Part shown: positions 1 through 13,399 of the stretch, piece after piece
Layout of the letters: each line of letters starts with the position of its first letter
How positions within the stretch are numbered: position 1 is the stretch's first letter
Assembly (NCBI GenBank): GCA_951406725.2
Contig: OX597822.1
Location: 6,014,001-6,078,000, forward strand
DNA length: 64,000 nucleotides
Origin: Octopus vulgaris
Lineage: Eukaryota
Reading direction: 5' to 3'
Translations under genes and position numbers: made by a program
The notes under the pieces: generated by a model
The model's input: the letters and a program-made list of their open reading frames with translations, nothing else
Told to the model about the DNA's origin: nothing
Database searches by the model: none

Positions 1-495
1 CAGTACATTTAAAATTCCGTTTTAGTTTTGTCTTGTGCTTTAGTTTTCAACATTTTGTTTTGTCCTGATCTGTAACTTTTTAAATTTGTTTTATTGTTTT
101 CCAGTTTGAAATTTATTGTTTCCATGTATGTAGGGACAAGTTTTTGTGTTATCGTATTCAACTTAACGGTTTTTCAATATTTGCATCTAACTATATATTC
201 TAGTCCTACAGTTGTTATTTCGTCATAGCTGTCTATTTTTATATATTCATTAGACACCGCTCACCTCGAGTGCAAGAGAGTTAATATTCTATCCATATAA
301 ATTTTGAGTCGGTGACGTTGGAACGTAGTCAATAGTTTTCTTTTCTATTTTTTCTGTGTAAGTTTCTCAGTGTACTAAACTTGCAGTCTATTACTTTGAT
401 GCAGTAGTTTATAACTAGGATGGCTGGTGAATTTAAATGTTCATTTTGCTTTTAGTAATGAGTTCGGAGTTTATAATATTAAGTTTGGCTCTTAG

Positions 496-712
496 GGTAG
501 CGAGCTAGCAGAATCGTTATCATACCGGTCAAAATGCTTAGCAGCATTTCGTTCGCCTTTACGATCTGAGTTAAAATTCCGCCGGGGTCGATTTTGCTTT
601 TCTTTCTTTCGAAGTCGATAAAATAAATAGCAGCTGAACACTGAAGTCGATGTTATCGACTTACCTCCTCCCCCGAAATTGCTGGCCGTGTGCCAAAAGT
701 TGAAAGCAATAT
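496..712 (+). mobile_element. tRNA-derived SINE, family A (Meta/MESC-type core), diverged copy
   Basis: Head gagctagcagaatcgtt...ctgagttaaaattccgccggggtcga and core gcttttctttctttcgaagtcgataaaataa. Further copies at ~6238-6436, 7938-8135, 18194-18625, 24050-24192(-), 36960-37172, 37610-37815, 40340-40475(-), 49800-49950(-), 54365-54562(-), 57030-57455 and 62200-62600. Confidence 0.85.
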
Positions 713-779
713 TAGTTTTGCTCTACTGTAATAATCTTTCCCAACTCACTCCTTCCTTTCTGAGTGTTGTATTTTACCA

Positions 780-2060
780 GTTTCATCTACTCTTAGATAT
801 TTATATGACTGATTCTGGTCTAATTCTCGGATGTCTATGTCTAACTCAATAGTCTCACTTATAATGATTAAAACTCTTCTTATTTGGATTTCGTACATTT
901 CTCTAGTTCCATATTAAATTGTTATGTCTCGGATGAATTTACGAACACTATTCATTGGTTTTGAAGTCATCTATTCAGAACAGATGGTTTATAGTTTGTA
1001 GTATCTGTAACCAATGACAGTTTCATTTAGTAGATTTGTTAATGGAGTTTGGCCAAGAAGAAGAGGAATAATGGGTATCCCTGGAGTATTCCTCTTTTAA
1101 GGAGAACAGGGTTGCTCTGTACAGCTGTAATTCCTTTCCTACGGCCCTTATGTTCCTCTGATGATACTTTATTGCTCTCTAAGTGAGAGCAATCAACCCG
1201 TTGTAGATGTAAGGGCCTTGTACATTGTTGGGAAGCAAATTCTATGTTTAGAAGTTTTGGGGTCTCTAGAATTTTTTGCCTTTAGGAATTGGTGCTGTTT
1301 TCCTCTCAGGTGGCCAATCAGGCGTCGACTATGGTTAGCTTACTATTTCATTGAATGCTGCTACCATATACCTGTGGGTACCGTCGGAAATCAAATTGCT
1401 GGCAATACTTGATGTGTTGCTGAATCTTTTGCCAGTAATTCTTGACCATATTTACGAATACAGGGCAGTATATTGGTAAGACTGTATGCCTTGTGATAAT
1501 CATTTCGGTTTATTGCGTTCTGAATTCAAATCCCGCTATACCTTACTTGGTTGGATGACTTAACCAGTCGACAAGTTTAAGACCACCCTACATGTCACTT
1601 GCAAGTATTTGTGTCATATCTCCTGTATGAAAAAAAAACCCCTTCCTTCTTCCTATCAATCTCAGATGCTGTGTAATAAGTCATGGACATTGCGTTCCTT
1701 CTTCATAAAAAATAAAAGCCAGTAAGGTATCTTTCTCACATGCTCCAGACAAATTATCAAATAACAGCTTAAGCGCGCAAGTATAGTAACTTCATCGATA
1801 GCCTCGTTATTAGGACGCATACACCAAGGACAGGGAACATAGACCAGAGATAAGTACAATACAGAAGTTCCATATTCTGAACAAGTCCACCTTGTCTACC
1901 TGTGTTGTCTTCCTTGCAACACCAATTGTCTCACAATAAACTGAACTGTTGAGGAAGCAACATCGTCAGGCTACGACTATGGAAAACTACATGTCTTAGA
2001 TACATAATGGCATGTAGCATATCTGGAACAATACGTGTATGAATCCTACCTATGCGCCAT
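780..2060 (-). pseudogene. Highly decayed non-LTR (RTE-like) LINE remnant
   Basis: Broken minus-strand translations resemble APE endonuclease (AIDEVTIL..KKERNVHDLL) and the RT N-terminal region (TDTTNYKP). Many stops and frameshifts. Confidence 0.4.
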
Positions 2061-2139
2061 ATGTCAGTTCGATGGTTGCGAATAAAAATGTAAAAAAACG
2101 AAACAAAAACAAAAGAAGTCACGAACGCAAAAATTGGTG

Positions 2140-2640
2140 AATGGCTAAGAAACTCTTTTTGCACCTACGCGGCTTCACGTTCAGTCCCATCGCGCAACAT
2201 CTTAAACCAGTGTCTTCTAGGGTAGCTCCGGGTTGACTAATGCCTTGTAAGTGAATTTAGTAGACCGTAACTGTGTGGAAGCTCGACATGTATATATGTA
2301 AGAATATATATTCATACATTCATGTATGTGTATACACACACATACACACACACATACACACACACACACACGCATACACACACACATAACTGGGTATGTA
2401 TTTGTGTCTGTGTTTATCGATCCTCCACCTCTTGACAACCAGAGCTGGTGTGCTGGTTTGTTTACGTTCCCGTAACTAAACGCTCCAGCAAAAGAAGCTT
2501 GATAGAATAAGTGCCAGATTTAAAAATCAAAATAAGTAGAATGGGGTCGATTTCCTTGACTAAGAACCTTCAGAGATAGTGTCCCAGTATGGCTGCAATC
2601 CAATGATCAAAGCAAGTAAATGATAAAAGATAAAAGATGA
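2140..2640 (+). mobile_element. Diverged family B SINE with internal microsatellite
   Basis: Matches the intact family B copies at 30067-30472 and 33506-33925 (ttcagtccca...gtgtcttct; gatagaataagt; ccagtatggctgca; aagtaaa tail). Confidence 0.75.
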
Positions 2641-2649
2641 AACAAAAAC

Positions 2650-2955
2650 ATCAACAGCAACATCGTCATCGTCATCGTCATCATCGTCATCGTCATCATC
2701 GTCATCATCGTCTTCATTATCATCATCATCATCATCGTCACCACTACCACCATTATCATTGTCGTAGTCGTCGTTGTAATCATCATTATCATCATCGTCG
2801 TCGTGGTCACCGTCCTCCTCCTCCTCCCTCCTCCTCCTCCTCTCTTCCACCTCATCCCCCTCCTCCTCACCCCCTCCTCACCCTCCTCCTCATCTCCTCA
2901 CCTCTTCCACCTCATTCCCATCCTCCTCCACATCCTCCTCCCCTTCTCATCATCG
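2650..2955. repeat. Compound (CAT/CGT/CCT)n trinucleotide low-complexity tract
   Basis: Read directly. It explains the poly-D, poly-H, poly-M and poly-P ORFs. Confidence 0.95.
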
Positions 2956-3490
2956 ACAGTTATTTATTTATTTATTTTTAAAAATGCTGAAATATGAAAA
3001 AAAATATTCAAATAAGAGGTGTCGACCATCTCACATGATTAGCTTGTGTTATAAATTACTCAAAAATATATGCAATTCACTTCTTCAAACCAGCATTAGG
3101 AGTAAAAGCTGCTAAATTACATTAAATTAAGCAACTTAGTTAGGAAAGATCAAAAGGATCGCGATTATTTAATGAGATTCTGAAATTACAATTTAATTGA
3201 GATAATAATATGTCTAGTTTATCAAAATGTTTATTTTGAGAGAAAAGTACCGAAATATTTTATCATATTTTAGAGTTTTAAAAATAAATGATTAAAGTCT
3301 GCAAATTTTGAAGAATTTACTGCTGATTGATTACTCGGCGTTCTTTCCTCTGTCATTCATCTTTTGGGTCAACCAATGAATTAACAGTTGTTGCTGCTGC
3401 TAGTGCTGTTGTTGTTATCATTGTTGTTGTTGATTTTGTTGTTGTTGCTGCTGCAATCTGTTGTTGTTGTTGTTGCTATTGTTATCATTT

Positions 3491-3671
3491 ATTTCGTCTG
3501 CCGTTACGTTGTGAGTTCAAATTCCGCCGAGGTCGACTTTGCCTTTCGTCCTTTCAGGGTCGATAAATTAAGTACCAGTTACGCACTGGGGTCGATGTAA
3601 TCGACTTAATACCTATGTCTGTCCTTGTTTGTCCCCTCTGTGTTTAGCCCCTTGTGGGTAATAAAGAAATA
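3491..3671 (+). mobile_element. 5'-truncated family A SINE with TSD
   Basis: Family A body. Flanking duplication gctattgttatcat at 3475-3488 and 3672-3685. Confidence 0.9.
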
Positions 3672-3713
3672 GCTATTGTTATCATCGCCGCTGTAGATTT
3701 GTTGTTGCAATTA

Positions 3714-4170
3714 AGGCACATAGCTCAGTGGTTAGAGCGTAGGGATCACAATCATGAGGTAGTGAGTTCGATTCCCGGGACCGGTCTGTGTGTTGTGTTC
3801 TTCAGCAAGACATTTTATTTCACGTTGCTCAAGTTCAGTTGCGACGTCACTGATGCCAAGTTGTGTCGGCCTTTGCCTTTCCATTGGACAACATCGATGG
3901 TGTGGAGAGAGGAGGTTGGTATCCATGGGTGACTGTTGGTCTTCCATAAACAACCTTGCCCGGTCTTGAACGTCAGAAGGGAACTTTATAAATGTAATCC
4001 CATGGTCATTCGTGACCGAAGGGCGGGAGTTATACTTTACCCTATCTAATGGTGTGGAAAGAGGAGGCTGGTCTTCCATAAACAACCTTGCCTGGTCCTG
4101 TGCCTTGGAATGTAACTTTCTAGGAGCAATTCCATGGTCATTCATGACCGGAGGAGTTCTTTACCTTTTA
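3714..4170 (+). mobile_element. tRNA-derived SINE, family C head (V-SINE-like core), with internal tandem duplication
   Basis: A box tagctcagtgg, B box gttcgattcc, core gtgttcttcagcaagacat. A ~130 bp 3' segment is repeated (3898-4045 and 4050-4170). Confidence 0.8.
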
Positions 4171-4239
4171 CCCTGTCCCTGCTGCTGAAATTGTCACTGC
4201 CATTGTTGCTGTTGCTACTGTTGTTGTTCTTCTCACGCC

Positions 4240-4655
4240 ATTAGCCACAAAGAATAATCTCTAATTCGAGCCTACTCTAAGCTACTAAGAGTGCCTGTGG
4301 CAACTTGAAGATCCCCCCACCACACGCGATAGACTTGCGGTTGCACAGGCGCGAAAGCTACGTTGTTATCCTCATTCCGTAAACGGTGGCTCGTAACGGG
4401 TGGAGAGCTAAACCATCTTGGGGTACAGAGGATTTGCAATCTAGACTAGGGTCTGAAAGTTTTACCACACCATAGTGGGTTACACCATGGTTCCTCCGCT
4501 TTGTGGTAGAAGTAGGAAGAAAGAGTACAGCCGGAGCCTCTTAGAGCTTAGGTGCTTTTGCTCAATAAACGCTCACAATGTCCGGACCGGGAATCGAAAC
4601 CGCGTTCTTACGACCGCGAGTCCGCTGCCCTAACCACTGGGCCATTGCGCCTCCA
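4240..4655 (-). mobile_element. tRNA(Arg)-like SINE, family D
   Basis: Minus strand ggcgcaatggcccagtggttagggcagcggactcgcggtcgtaagaacgcggtttcgattccc. Same head as 51395-51695. Confidence 0.8.
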
Positions 4656-4907
4656 CTGCTGTTGTTGTTTAAAAGGATTGAAACTACGATCGCTCTAACA
4701 TTTTCAACGCTGTCTAAGACAATATACAACGCATCCTTACCTTTTCAAAGACGGTGTCGGATTGTACTTAAGACACTCTACACAGTCACTGCAACTGCTA
4801 GTAACACCAGCCAAATTTAATTCTCATATCATCTCTTAAAAAGAAGGGCACTTTGAATAATATACTCCTAGATGTATATCAAAGGACAGGATGCTACATA
4901 TATACAT

Positions 4908-4969
<62 letters not shown>

Positions 4970-5359
4970 ATATTTCTTACATTTAGACACACACAAACAC
5001 ACACACATTCACATACACACACATTCACTATACATACACACACACACATTACATTTAGACACATACATACACACACACTCACTTGTGGTGGCGAGCAAGC
5101 CAAAACTTCGAAGTCACTGTCAACCTAAATGTCTATAAATATATACCCTGTTAAAAAGTGCTCAGTAAAGAGTTTGATGTTAAATTGTTTCTATATATAA
5201 CTTCACATAAAAACAAATATATGTGTGTATTTGTGTGTATTTATACTTATATGAGTATAAGTGCGTATATTTATATAACACACACATATATACATACATA
5301 CATATCTATTATACATATACATACATACATATATATATATATATGAATATATATATGTG

Positions 5360-5418
<59 letters not shown>

Positions 5419-6620
5419 TGGAATACATTTTGATCATAGGTTTGCTCAATAAAGATTGACCTCGGGCTAAACAACATCATCAACAATATCTACAGGTACC
5501 TTTGTATCATCTTTCAGTATCTCTTTATATGTATTTGCATTTCCATTCATCAAATCTATTTGAAACAAAGATATAAGAGAGGTAGAAAGAGAGAGAGAAG
5601 TAGAAAGAGAAAGTGAGAGAGAGAGAGACAGAGAGGGAGAGAGAGAGGGAGAGAGAGAGAGAGAGAGAGAGAGCGTGAAAAGAATAAAAGAAATGCAGAA
5701 ATAACAAATATTGAGATAACATTGTGATATTTAAATACTGTTTTGCTTGGCTTCCTTCCTAACGGAATGGTGAACTGAGCTAAAGATGGGAGGAAAAAGT
5801 ACATTGGCAAGTTTACTATAAATTTAAAGGAAAAATAGAGTAAGTTATAAGAGGTCAAGTCTTCTTTCAACATGAGATGAGAACAGATAACAATGAAGAA
5901 TAAACTCACCTCCTAACGAAAATTGTGTGACAGCGTGTTATAACTGTCATACGTTGCGATGTTTTATTGCACATAACAAGCCTTATCTTTATCCCTGGAT
6001 AACTATTGATCTGTCTAGATCGATATTTTGTTTCTTTCGGATATAGGGTCACACAAAGAACAATTTCCTTACTTTAGAATCGAAATTGTTTTTAAGCTCT
6101 CCTACCTACGTGCCAACCCACCTGCCTGCTTACGTATCTATCTACCCACATAATTACATACGTACACATACACACACATATTGTATAAAATAAAATAACG
6201 CAAGAAAGTTTGTTTATCTAATATTTCCTCTTCCTAAGGCAGAATCGTTAGCGCTCTGGCAAAAATGCTTAGCAGCATTTCGTCCCGTTTTTACGCTCAG
6301 AGTTCAAAGTCCACTCTGCTTTTTCACTCTTTCGGGGTTTATAATATAAGAAGTACCAGTTGAACACTTGGGTCGATGTAATCGACTTACACACTCTTCC
6401 AAAACTGCTAGCCCTGTACCAAAATTTGAAACCATTTTTTCCTCTGACTTATACAATTAAATATCCCATTTCGTTGAAACTCAAACTATAACAAGTGGAC
6501 TGTTTGCAGCTTTCCGTTGGATATGCAGCAATATACATGGACTTCTCGTAATATACTGGTTATTTGTCCTGCGATTTAAATTTAAAACGCACTATACATA
6601 TACACTTATATATATATATA

Positions 6621-7022
6621 CTAGCAGTATCGCCCGGCGTTGCTCGGGTTTCTAAGGGAAATAACTATATAAGCATTTTTAGAAAGTTATACCCCAAAAA
6701 TAGCAAAAAAATTGCATTAAAAATGGAAAAAAAATTATGGTAGATTTTTTTTTAATAGTTGACTCATCGTAGACATTTTTAGAGAGTTACTTCCCTTATA
6801 TAATAGCGAAAAAAATGCATTAAAATGGAAAAAAATGAGGGTAAATTTTTTTTAAAATCGTAGACTAATCGTAGACGCGCGCTAATACCCAGAAAGGCTC
6901 GATATGAATCACGACTATAAGAGACCCGGTTTTGGTTAAACTGCACCGCAAAATGTGGGAGTAGTTAGGAATCTAAATCGTAGGAGACAGACAGCACACA
7001 ACCTCACATTTATATATAAAGA
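6621..7022 (-). mobile_element. Non-autonomous Helitron inserted in (TA)n
   Basis: Minus strand starts TC (7022) and ends CTAG (6621). Subterminal hairpin cccgagcaacgccggg lies ~12 nt from the 3' end. Inserted between A and T with no TSD. Confidence 0.85.
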
Positions 7023-7115
7023 TATATATATATATATATACACGTACATACATATATAAGTGTGTGTTTATTTACTGACAGAGATTGTAATCATCCGAAA
7101 TTACCGATCGAGAAT

Positions 7116-7168
7116 TCCTTATACTGATTGGTCAGTTTCGGCTAATTCTATAGCCTCATCAGTAGGGA
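7116..7168 (-). ncRNA. Type I hammerhead ribozyme
   Basis: ucccua-CUGAUGA-ggcua/uagaau/uagcc-GAAA-cuga/ccaa/ucag-UA-uaagga. Perfect core, perfect stems II and III, stem I 5 of 6 pairs, GUA cleavage triplet. Confidence 0.9.
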
Positions 7169-7520
7169 CCGTTGGACTCAGTTTTTCCAGACCTGCTTCT
7201 CTGTAAGTACATATGTATTTAGCATAAAAATCTATGGATGATTTAGCGAATCGCTAATGTGTATACAATAATTTAATATAGACATCATTATGCAATGTTT
7301 TACCAAAAAAGGAAAACTTTATTCGTCACTAAATATAACTAGGATGTTAGAACACCTGCGTTGCTAGAAATAAGAGCTAAAAAGCTCTAATGCTGTAGTT
7401 AATGCACATAACTGGAGACAATGAGGCTACCGAATTAGGCGAATCTAAGTGATAAGTATAGGGAATTCTTGACTGGTGCTTCGGGCGATTACGGTCCCAG
7501 TCAGTACATATATGTGTGTG

Positions 7521-7557
<37 letters not shown>

Positions 7558-8529
7558 GCAAAATAGTACTTACAATTGCTAGAAATAAGAGCTAAAAAAA
7601 TATTACTCGAGTAGCCACAACCCAGAGTAATTTGTGGATTCCCCCGAAGGGAAACGAAATCTTATTGGTTAAATTTCGAAATCATATGATAGGGTTTTAT
7701 CAAATTACTTCGTTCAGCGAGTTTTATCTCGCTGGAGAAAAATGTTGTGGCCTGCCGCTCGCAGTCACTTTGAACATCTCATGAAGTTGAGGATTTTGTG
7801 TGGCTGTTCGAGTTATATGTTTTAGCATTGTAGGTGGTATTTTGCACTCTTATTTATGTATTCTACCTTTCTTGGTTTTTAATTGCTTGAGCCATATATA
7901 TCATAGCGTATTTAATATGTCGCAATATCAATTTATCTGGCAGAATCGTTAGCACGCCAGGCGAAATGCTTGCTGGTATTTCGTCTGTCTTTATGTTCTG
8001 AGTTCAAATTCCGCCGAGGTCGATTTCATCCTTTTTGTGTCGATAAATTAAATACCAGTTGCGTACTGGAGTCGATCTAATCGACTGGTCCCCTACCCTC
8101 AAAATTTCGGGCCTTGTGCCTAGAGTAGAAAAGAATATCTTATAGTATGGTTATATACGCTCAGTCCTCTTTGAAGTTTGGCGTGCGCTGTTCAACGGTT
8201 ATTTTCTCACATGAGCTAATGGGAAGCAAACTATCTCTTTAACATATAACACATTTAATATATTATAATATTAATTTATCGTTATAATATCTTATTGTGT
8301 GTGGCTATGTGGTTAGGAAGTTCGCTTTGTAAGTACGTAGTTTCGGCCTCAGTCTGAGACTGCACACCGCGTTGGGCAAGTGTCTTCTACTATAACCTCA
8401 GTGAGACCAATGAATTGTTGATTGTACGGGTATTTCTCTTGGTTACGTCAATAAAATGCACCTTATCAACATATAATTTTCTTTACAAATGACCCAACAT
8501 TTTGACGGATGCTGAGCAGAAGCCCGTCG

Positions 8530-8609
<80 letters not shown>

Positions 8610-9039
8610 AAATAATATAAATAATATATAAATATATGCATATATACATACACATATGTACATACCTACATATATATGTATATATACATGCATATATGGG
8701 TACAGGACATAAAAAGAAGCGTGGACAGAATGTGAAACGAGAACATTTTTTCGAACAACGAAAAAAAAAACAATAAACAAACGGAGGAACGAGACATGCA
8801 ACATAAAGAACATTCTCTTCATTAGTTGTCCCCTGTTTTATCTTCTCCGTGTTTGGAATGTAAGGACAAGACGCGACTTCGTTGAAACAGTCCTTCCCGC
8901 AAAGCAAATTAAATACAAGTTAGGATTTTTTGTGGAGGGTAAAAGTGGGGACAAAAACAGGACAGTGAGAACAAAGCAGTAAAAACAAACGGTGAGGGCG
9001 TGTGTGTGTTGTGTATGCTTGCTTTTCATTGGAGATTTC

Positions 9040-9960
9040 GTGGCATCAAAATAAAGGTATGTAACTTTCAAGATAGCCCAACTGACTGGAAATCCCACTT
9101 TGAAAAGCAGCTCAACAATTACACAATTCTCACGGATAATTTTGCTGTGATATTGGTCTCACTGCTGCTCATCAATACTTCAACTGCCAACTGCTGAAAT
9201 TCCTTTAGATGAAATACTAACTACTGCTGAACAACTCAAGACCGGCAAATCGTGTAGTGTAGATGGTGTGTCTCGAGAACTTTTTCGGAATTCCGAGTCA
9301 ATTTTATTTCTTCCTATTCTTTATTCTACTTACATCACTTGTCAAGCTCCATTGGAGTTCAAGATGAACTGCATTATTCCCGTTCCGAAAAAGGGAGGTC
9401 TATCAGAATACGGCGTGTATCTTGACATAAGCCTGATATCATGCTCAGTCAATATCTTCAACGTTATCGTGCTCAATTGTATCCGAAACTCTATCGAAAC
9501 ACGACTCAGATCAAGCCAAAATAGCTTTCATAAAGGCAGCACAGCCCTTGATCCTATTTTAACTCTTCACTGACTCATTGAAACTATCTCAGCAAAGAAG
9601 GATAAATCTTTGTGCGCCGGCTTTGTGGATTTCACCATAGCTTTTGACCCTGTCAACCGTGAACGAATGCTTCAGGTTCTCTCTGCCTATGGGACACCAA
9701 ATGACGTTGTAAATACTATCCACGCTATGTATGCAGACTACAAATGTCTCGTATGCACCCCAAACGGAGACATCAATACGTTCGCTATCAGTACACATCT
9801 TCAACGGGACGCTTAGCTCCTCTACTTTTCATTATAGTCTTGGATTATATATGCTACAGCGCGCTATGATATCTGAACTAGCCATAACAGTCCATCCCCG
9901 CCAAGGTGGTTCATGTCGTCCAACATCGTACCTCACTGACCTCGAGCATCTATCAAACAA
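9040..9960 (+). pseudogene. Decayed non-LTR retrotransposon reverse transcriptase (RTE-related)
   Basis: LKTGKSCSVDG, IIPVPKKG, QNSF, FVDFTIAFDPVNRERMLQVL..YG. Stops and frameshifts. Confidence 0.9.
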
Positions 9961-10679
9961 GACAGTATAAGGATCTTTACCATCTGCCAACCAGGCAAAC
10001 AAACACGGTTAAAACTCGTAGCCGCTATTTACGCCATTTATATATATATATCAATATTTACAAAATATGGGGGTTTAGTTCACATTTGATCTAAATTATT
10101 AAGAACATTAGGTAAGTACTTTAACGAATTATATATCAATATATATATTGTTGTATTTGGGGATGGTCGTGTTGCCAATTGAACCAGTGAAAACATACGC
10201 ACTATATATTTGGTGTTGACTTGCTTTAGCTTTATTTCCTATTAATTGTATTTCGGTCAGGGTTCTTTCGTCACACTTCTGTGACCTCTTCAGTGGTTCT
10301 TTGCTTTCTTCTTTCTTTTTTGTATCTCTCTTTCCTTACGATCTGCCATTTTGTATTCCTATTGTATGTATGTTTATTTGCGCATGCGAATATCCCTGTG
10401 TGTGTGTCTATGTTTAGTAAGTGGGAATGTGTATGGTACCTGCATTATCAGTATCCCCTGTTTATTCACGTTCGTTTAATTTAATTTATTTGTTTTTATC
10501 TACTCACTTTTCATTCTTTTTTGTATTAATTTAATATAGTTGAAAATTTTTTTTCTGAGAACATCTCTATCTTAATTATACAGCCATAAAGGCTTTTAGT
10601 AGAGTCGTAACTCTGCTTGCTCCAGCTGGTCTGACTAAAGATAACAGTATCTATATCAAGTGTTTTAAATCATTTATAG

Positions 10680-11985
10680 TTTTGGTTTCCAGGAAGGGTC
10701 TGGGCTTATATTCTTCGTAAAGTTTCCCAGACCCGTGAGATTAATGCTTTTGAAGTCTAGTTAAACTGTTGAAAGTCGACAGATTTTGGAAAAACCCATC
10801 AAAAAGATTTGCCGTGGGAAATTTCAGGTGGACTTCAAGCGAAACCCACAATAGCATTGTTCTCCCACCTATGATATAATTGCGGTTGCAATCAACAGAC
10901 ATCATAGATTGCATCCAAAGAAAAATCCCTTGACTTTTCGGTAGACAGTCATTCATCAATACTTTGCAGTATCTCACTCACAAATGTGCATCACTTGCCC
11001 CTCTCTGTTTCTGTCTGTCTGTCTCTGTCTGTCTCTCCTTCGTTCTCTCTAGTGATTGCCAGCTAGAGAGACAATCACTAGAATTATGCTGTTTTCTTGG
11101 AACTCCCACCACTTAACCCCTACTAGCTTAGGTCACATACCTGTCAATAGGTTCCTGTTGTTTAACACCGTGTCAGTCTGATTCGGCAGACTTAGATCAA
11201 AGGTATTTTTTCTGGGACCATCCTATTTTTCTTTTTGGTAGCGTACAGGCGGACTACATTCTCAGATAGGACTTTTCCTTATTTAAGAAAATAGGAAGAT
11301 ATTTAAGGGAGATTTGACAGCTATTTATAGCAAAATGTTGGGGCATTTGTAAATACGATTATACGATAATGTAAGCAAGAAAAATATAGTATAATTGACA
11401 AATCCTTTGTTAGCTTTCAATGCCGAACTGAAATTCACTGAGAGTGCACATAAAAATCAAGATGGAATCTTCCAGAATGATTTGATCTAGATATACTCCA
11501 AATGCGAAATCCTCCCCCCCCCACAACTAAATTAATTATATCTATCCACTACTACTATATCTGTTAATCCATCTTACAACAGTTGAATCTTTAATTCATT
11601 TTGTTCATGAGGAAGAACAAACCGTTTCTTGATATGCCGATTTAATCTTCTCCCAGATCAATGCAGAATCTACTTCTGAAAACTTCGAAACTTTGCAAGA
11701 CTTACTGAAGTATTTAACAACAGTTGTATGTGTCGTATTAATTAATGCATTGCAGTAATGATGAAGTAGCCAGGCAATTGTTGATGAGGTCACAACTGTA
11801 GATCACTTCGTTTTAAACAACTGCATTTGAAGGAAGTTTTCATCAACGATAATGTTCCACTGGCAATGGTGAGAAGAATCAGGAAGGTCAAAAACCGTTA
11901 ATAAATATTTGAAAACATCTTTTGTTTTTGAGACACTCAAATATCTAATTCTGTATTTCCATAAACTGTTCATATTGTTACTCAC
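10680..11985 (-). pseudogene. PB1: Candidate endogenous viral element 1: decayed orthomyxovirus-like PB1 polymerase
   Basis: About 127 codons with one internal TGA: KTK*STVVTSSTIAWLL (cf. KLKRRAIATPGMQIRGF) and SCKVSKFSE (motif A). Then LEDSILIF..FGIES*QRICQL (cf. DDFALIV..GVDRFYRTCKL), then LFDG..KLYEEYKPR (cf. SDG..LMDEDYQGR). Intronless and collinear. Confidence 0.7.
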
Positions 11986-12832
11986 AAAGAGACCTCACAA
12001 CTTTTGAACTTTCTTTTGAACTCATAATACAGATAATGTTTTGATGCAGTTTCATAATTTATCTGCTATTTTGATTAGTTACTAGAAATGTCGGCGGCCA
12101 TTGCAGAAACGAAACGTAGAGAGAGAGAGAGAGAGAAAAAGAGAATGGGCGAGAGGAAGAGGGAGAAAGAAAGAAAAAGAGAATGGGCGAGAGGGAGAGG
12201 GAGAAAGAGAACATATTTGTAAGAGGGTGAGTGGAAGAGTGATAAAGATAGAAAGATATATTAGAGACAGAGAAAGCAGGAAGCAGAGCGTCAAGCGAAT
12301 TGGCATGAACATGGAGTCCGATAGAAAAGATACTGCTATGTGATACAGGAAGACACGTGATAGGGGAGCTGCAGGGTGGCGAAAGATTTGGGATAAGACA
12401 AGTGAGATAAGATGTTAGAATGTTAGGAGTTTACATATAAGAATCATAACTTTGGAGAAACTGCATGAGGAATATGAGAGTTTGTCCAATACCAGCTTAA
12501 TGGAAGTGCTTGCGTTTCTTTGAGGGTTGAAGGGATTGATGTTAGTTGCAATACGGATAACTACAAAGATGCCAGCATCAGCTAATGGTGATGACAGCGA
12601 CGACGGTGGCGGTTGATGATGTTAGTGATAGAATGAAATTAATAAATTAATGGCTATTAGCTTCAGAAACAAGGTTATACACTTAGCGAATCTGCAACTG
12701 CTAAAAGGCAGATGACTCTTTTCCCAATGTAAGATATCAATATAATTCATATGAAATTTCCCCGGAGGTAGTGATTCTCAACAGAATGAAGGGGGAATGT
12801 TGGTTAAATTTATCCCTCGGAGAAAGCGTTTA

Positions 12833-12888
<56 letters not shown>

Positions 12889-13255
12889 GCACACATACGA
12901 GTGCGCATATGATGCTAATGTTGAACAGTGAGAACCAGTGCACAACACTGCATTGTTGGATACATACTTTTATTTGTTGGTTAACAAGGCTACCATTAGT
13001 TTCATGCCAACAGAACATTTCTCGGCAATTAGCAAATTTACCAAAATGAGAACACCGAATAAGACGCGAGATAGTACGGGATTTCGAGATAAATATATAA
13101 ATATGCAGACCATGTGAGACAAGTTATAATAAAGTCCTAATTGTAGTTTCCCTTGTGTCATCCCTGGAATAATTGTTTAAAGTTATCACTACATGAAACC
13201 AATGGTTACCTTGATAACAAATAAAGCATATACATGCATGCATACATGCATGCAT

Positions 13256-13342
<87 letters not shown>

Positions 13343-13399
13343 CATACGCATACATATATTCTTTCATTCCTTTAATTGTTTCAGTCATTAATAATAAAT

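Noticed and set aside
3714-3790. tRNA genes here and at 32675, 51620, 54092 and 60703
   Set aside because: Acceptor stems do not close and each continues into repeat bodies, so these are SINE or element heads.
8790-8870. Possible permuted (type II) hammerhead on the minus strand
   Set aside because: Both core boxes are mutated (CAAA, CUAAUGA) and stem I is not evident.
10696-10734. Hairpin gggtctggg/cccagaccc as a hammerhead stem II
   Set aside because: No CUGANGA or GAAA core. It falls inside the EVE 1 reading frame.
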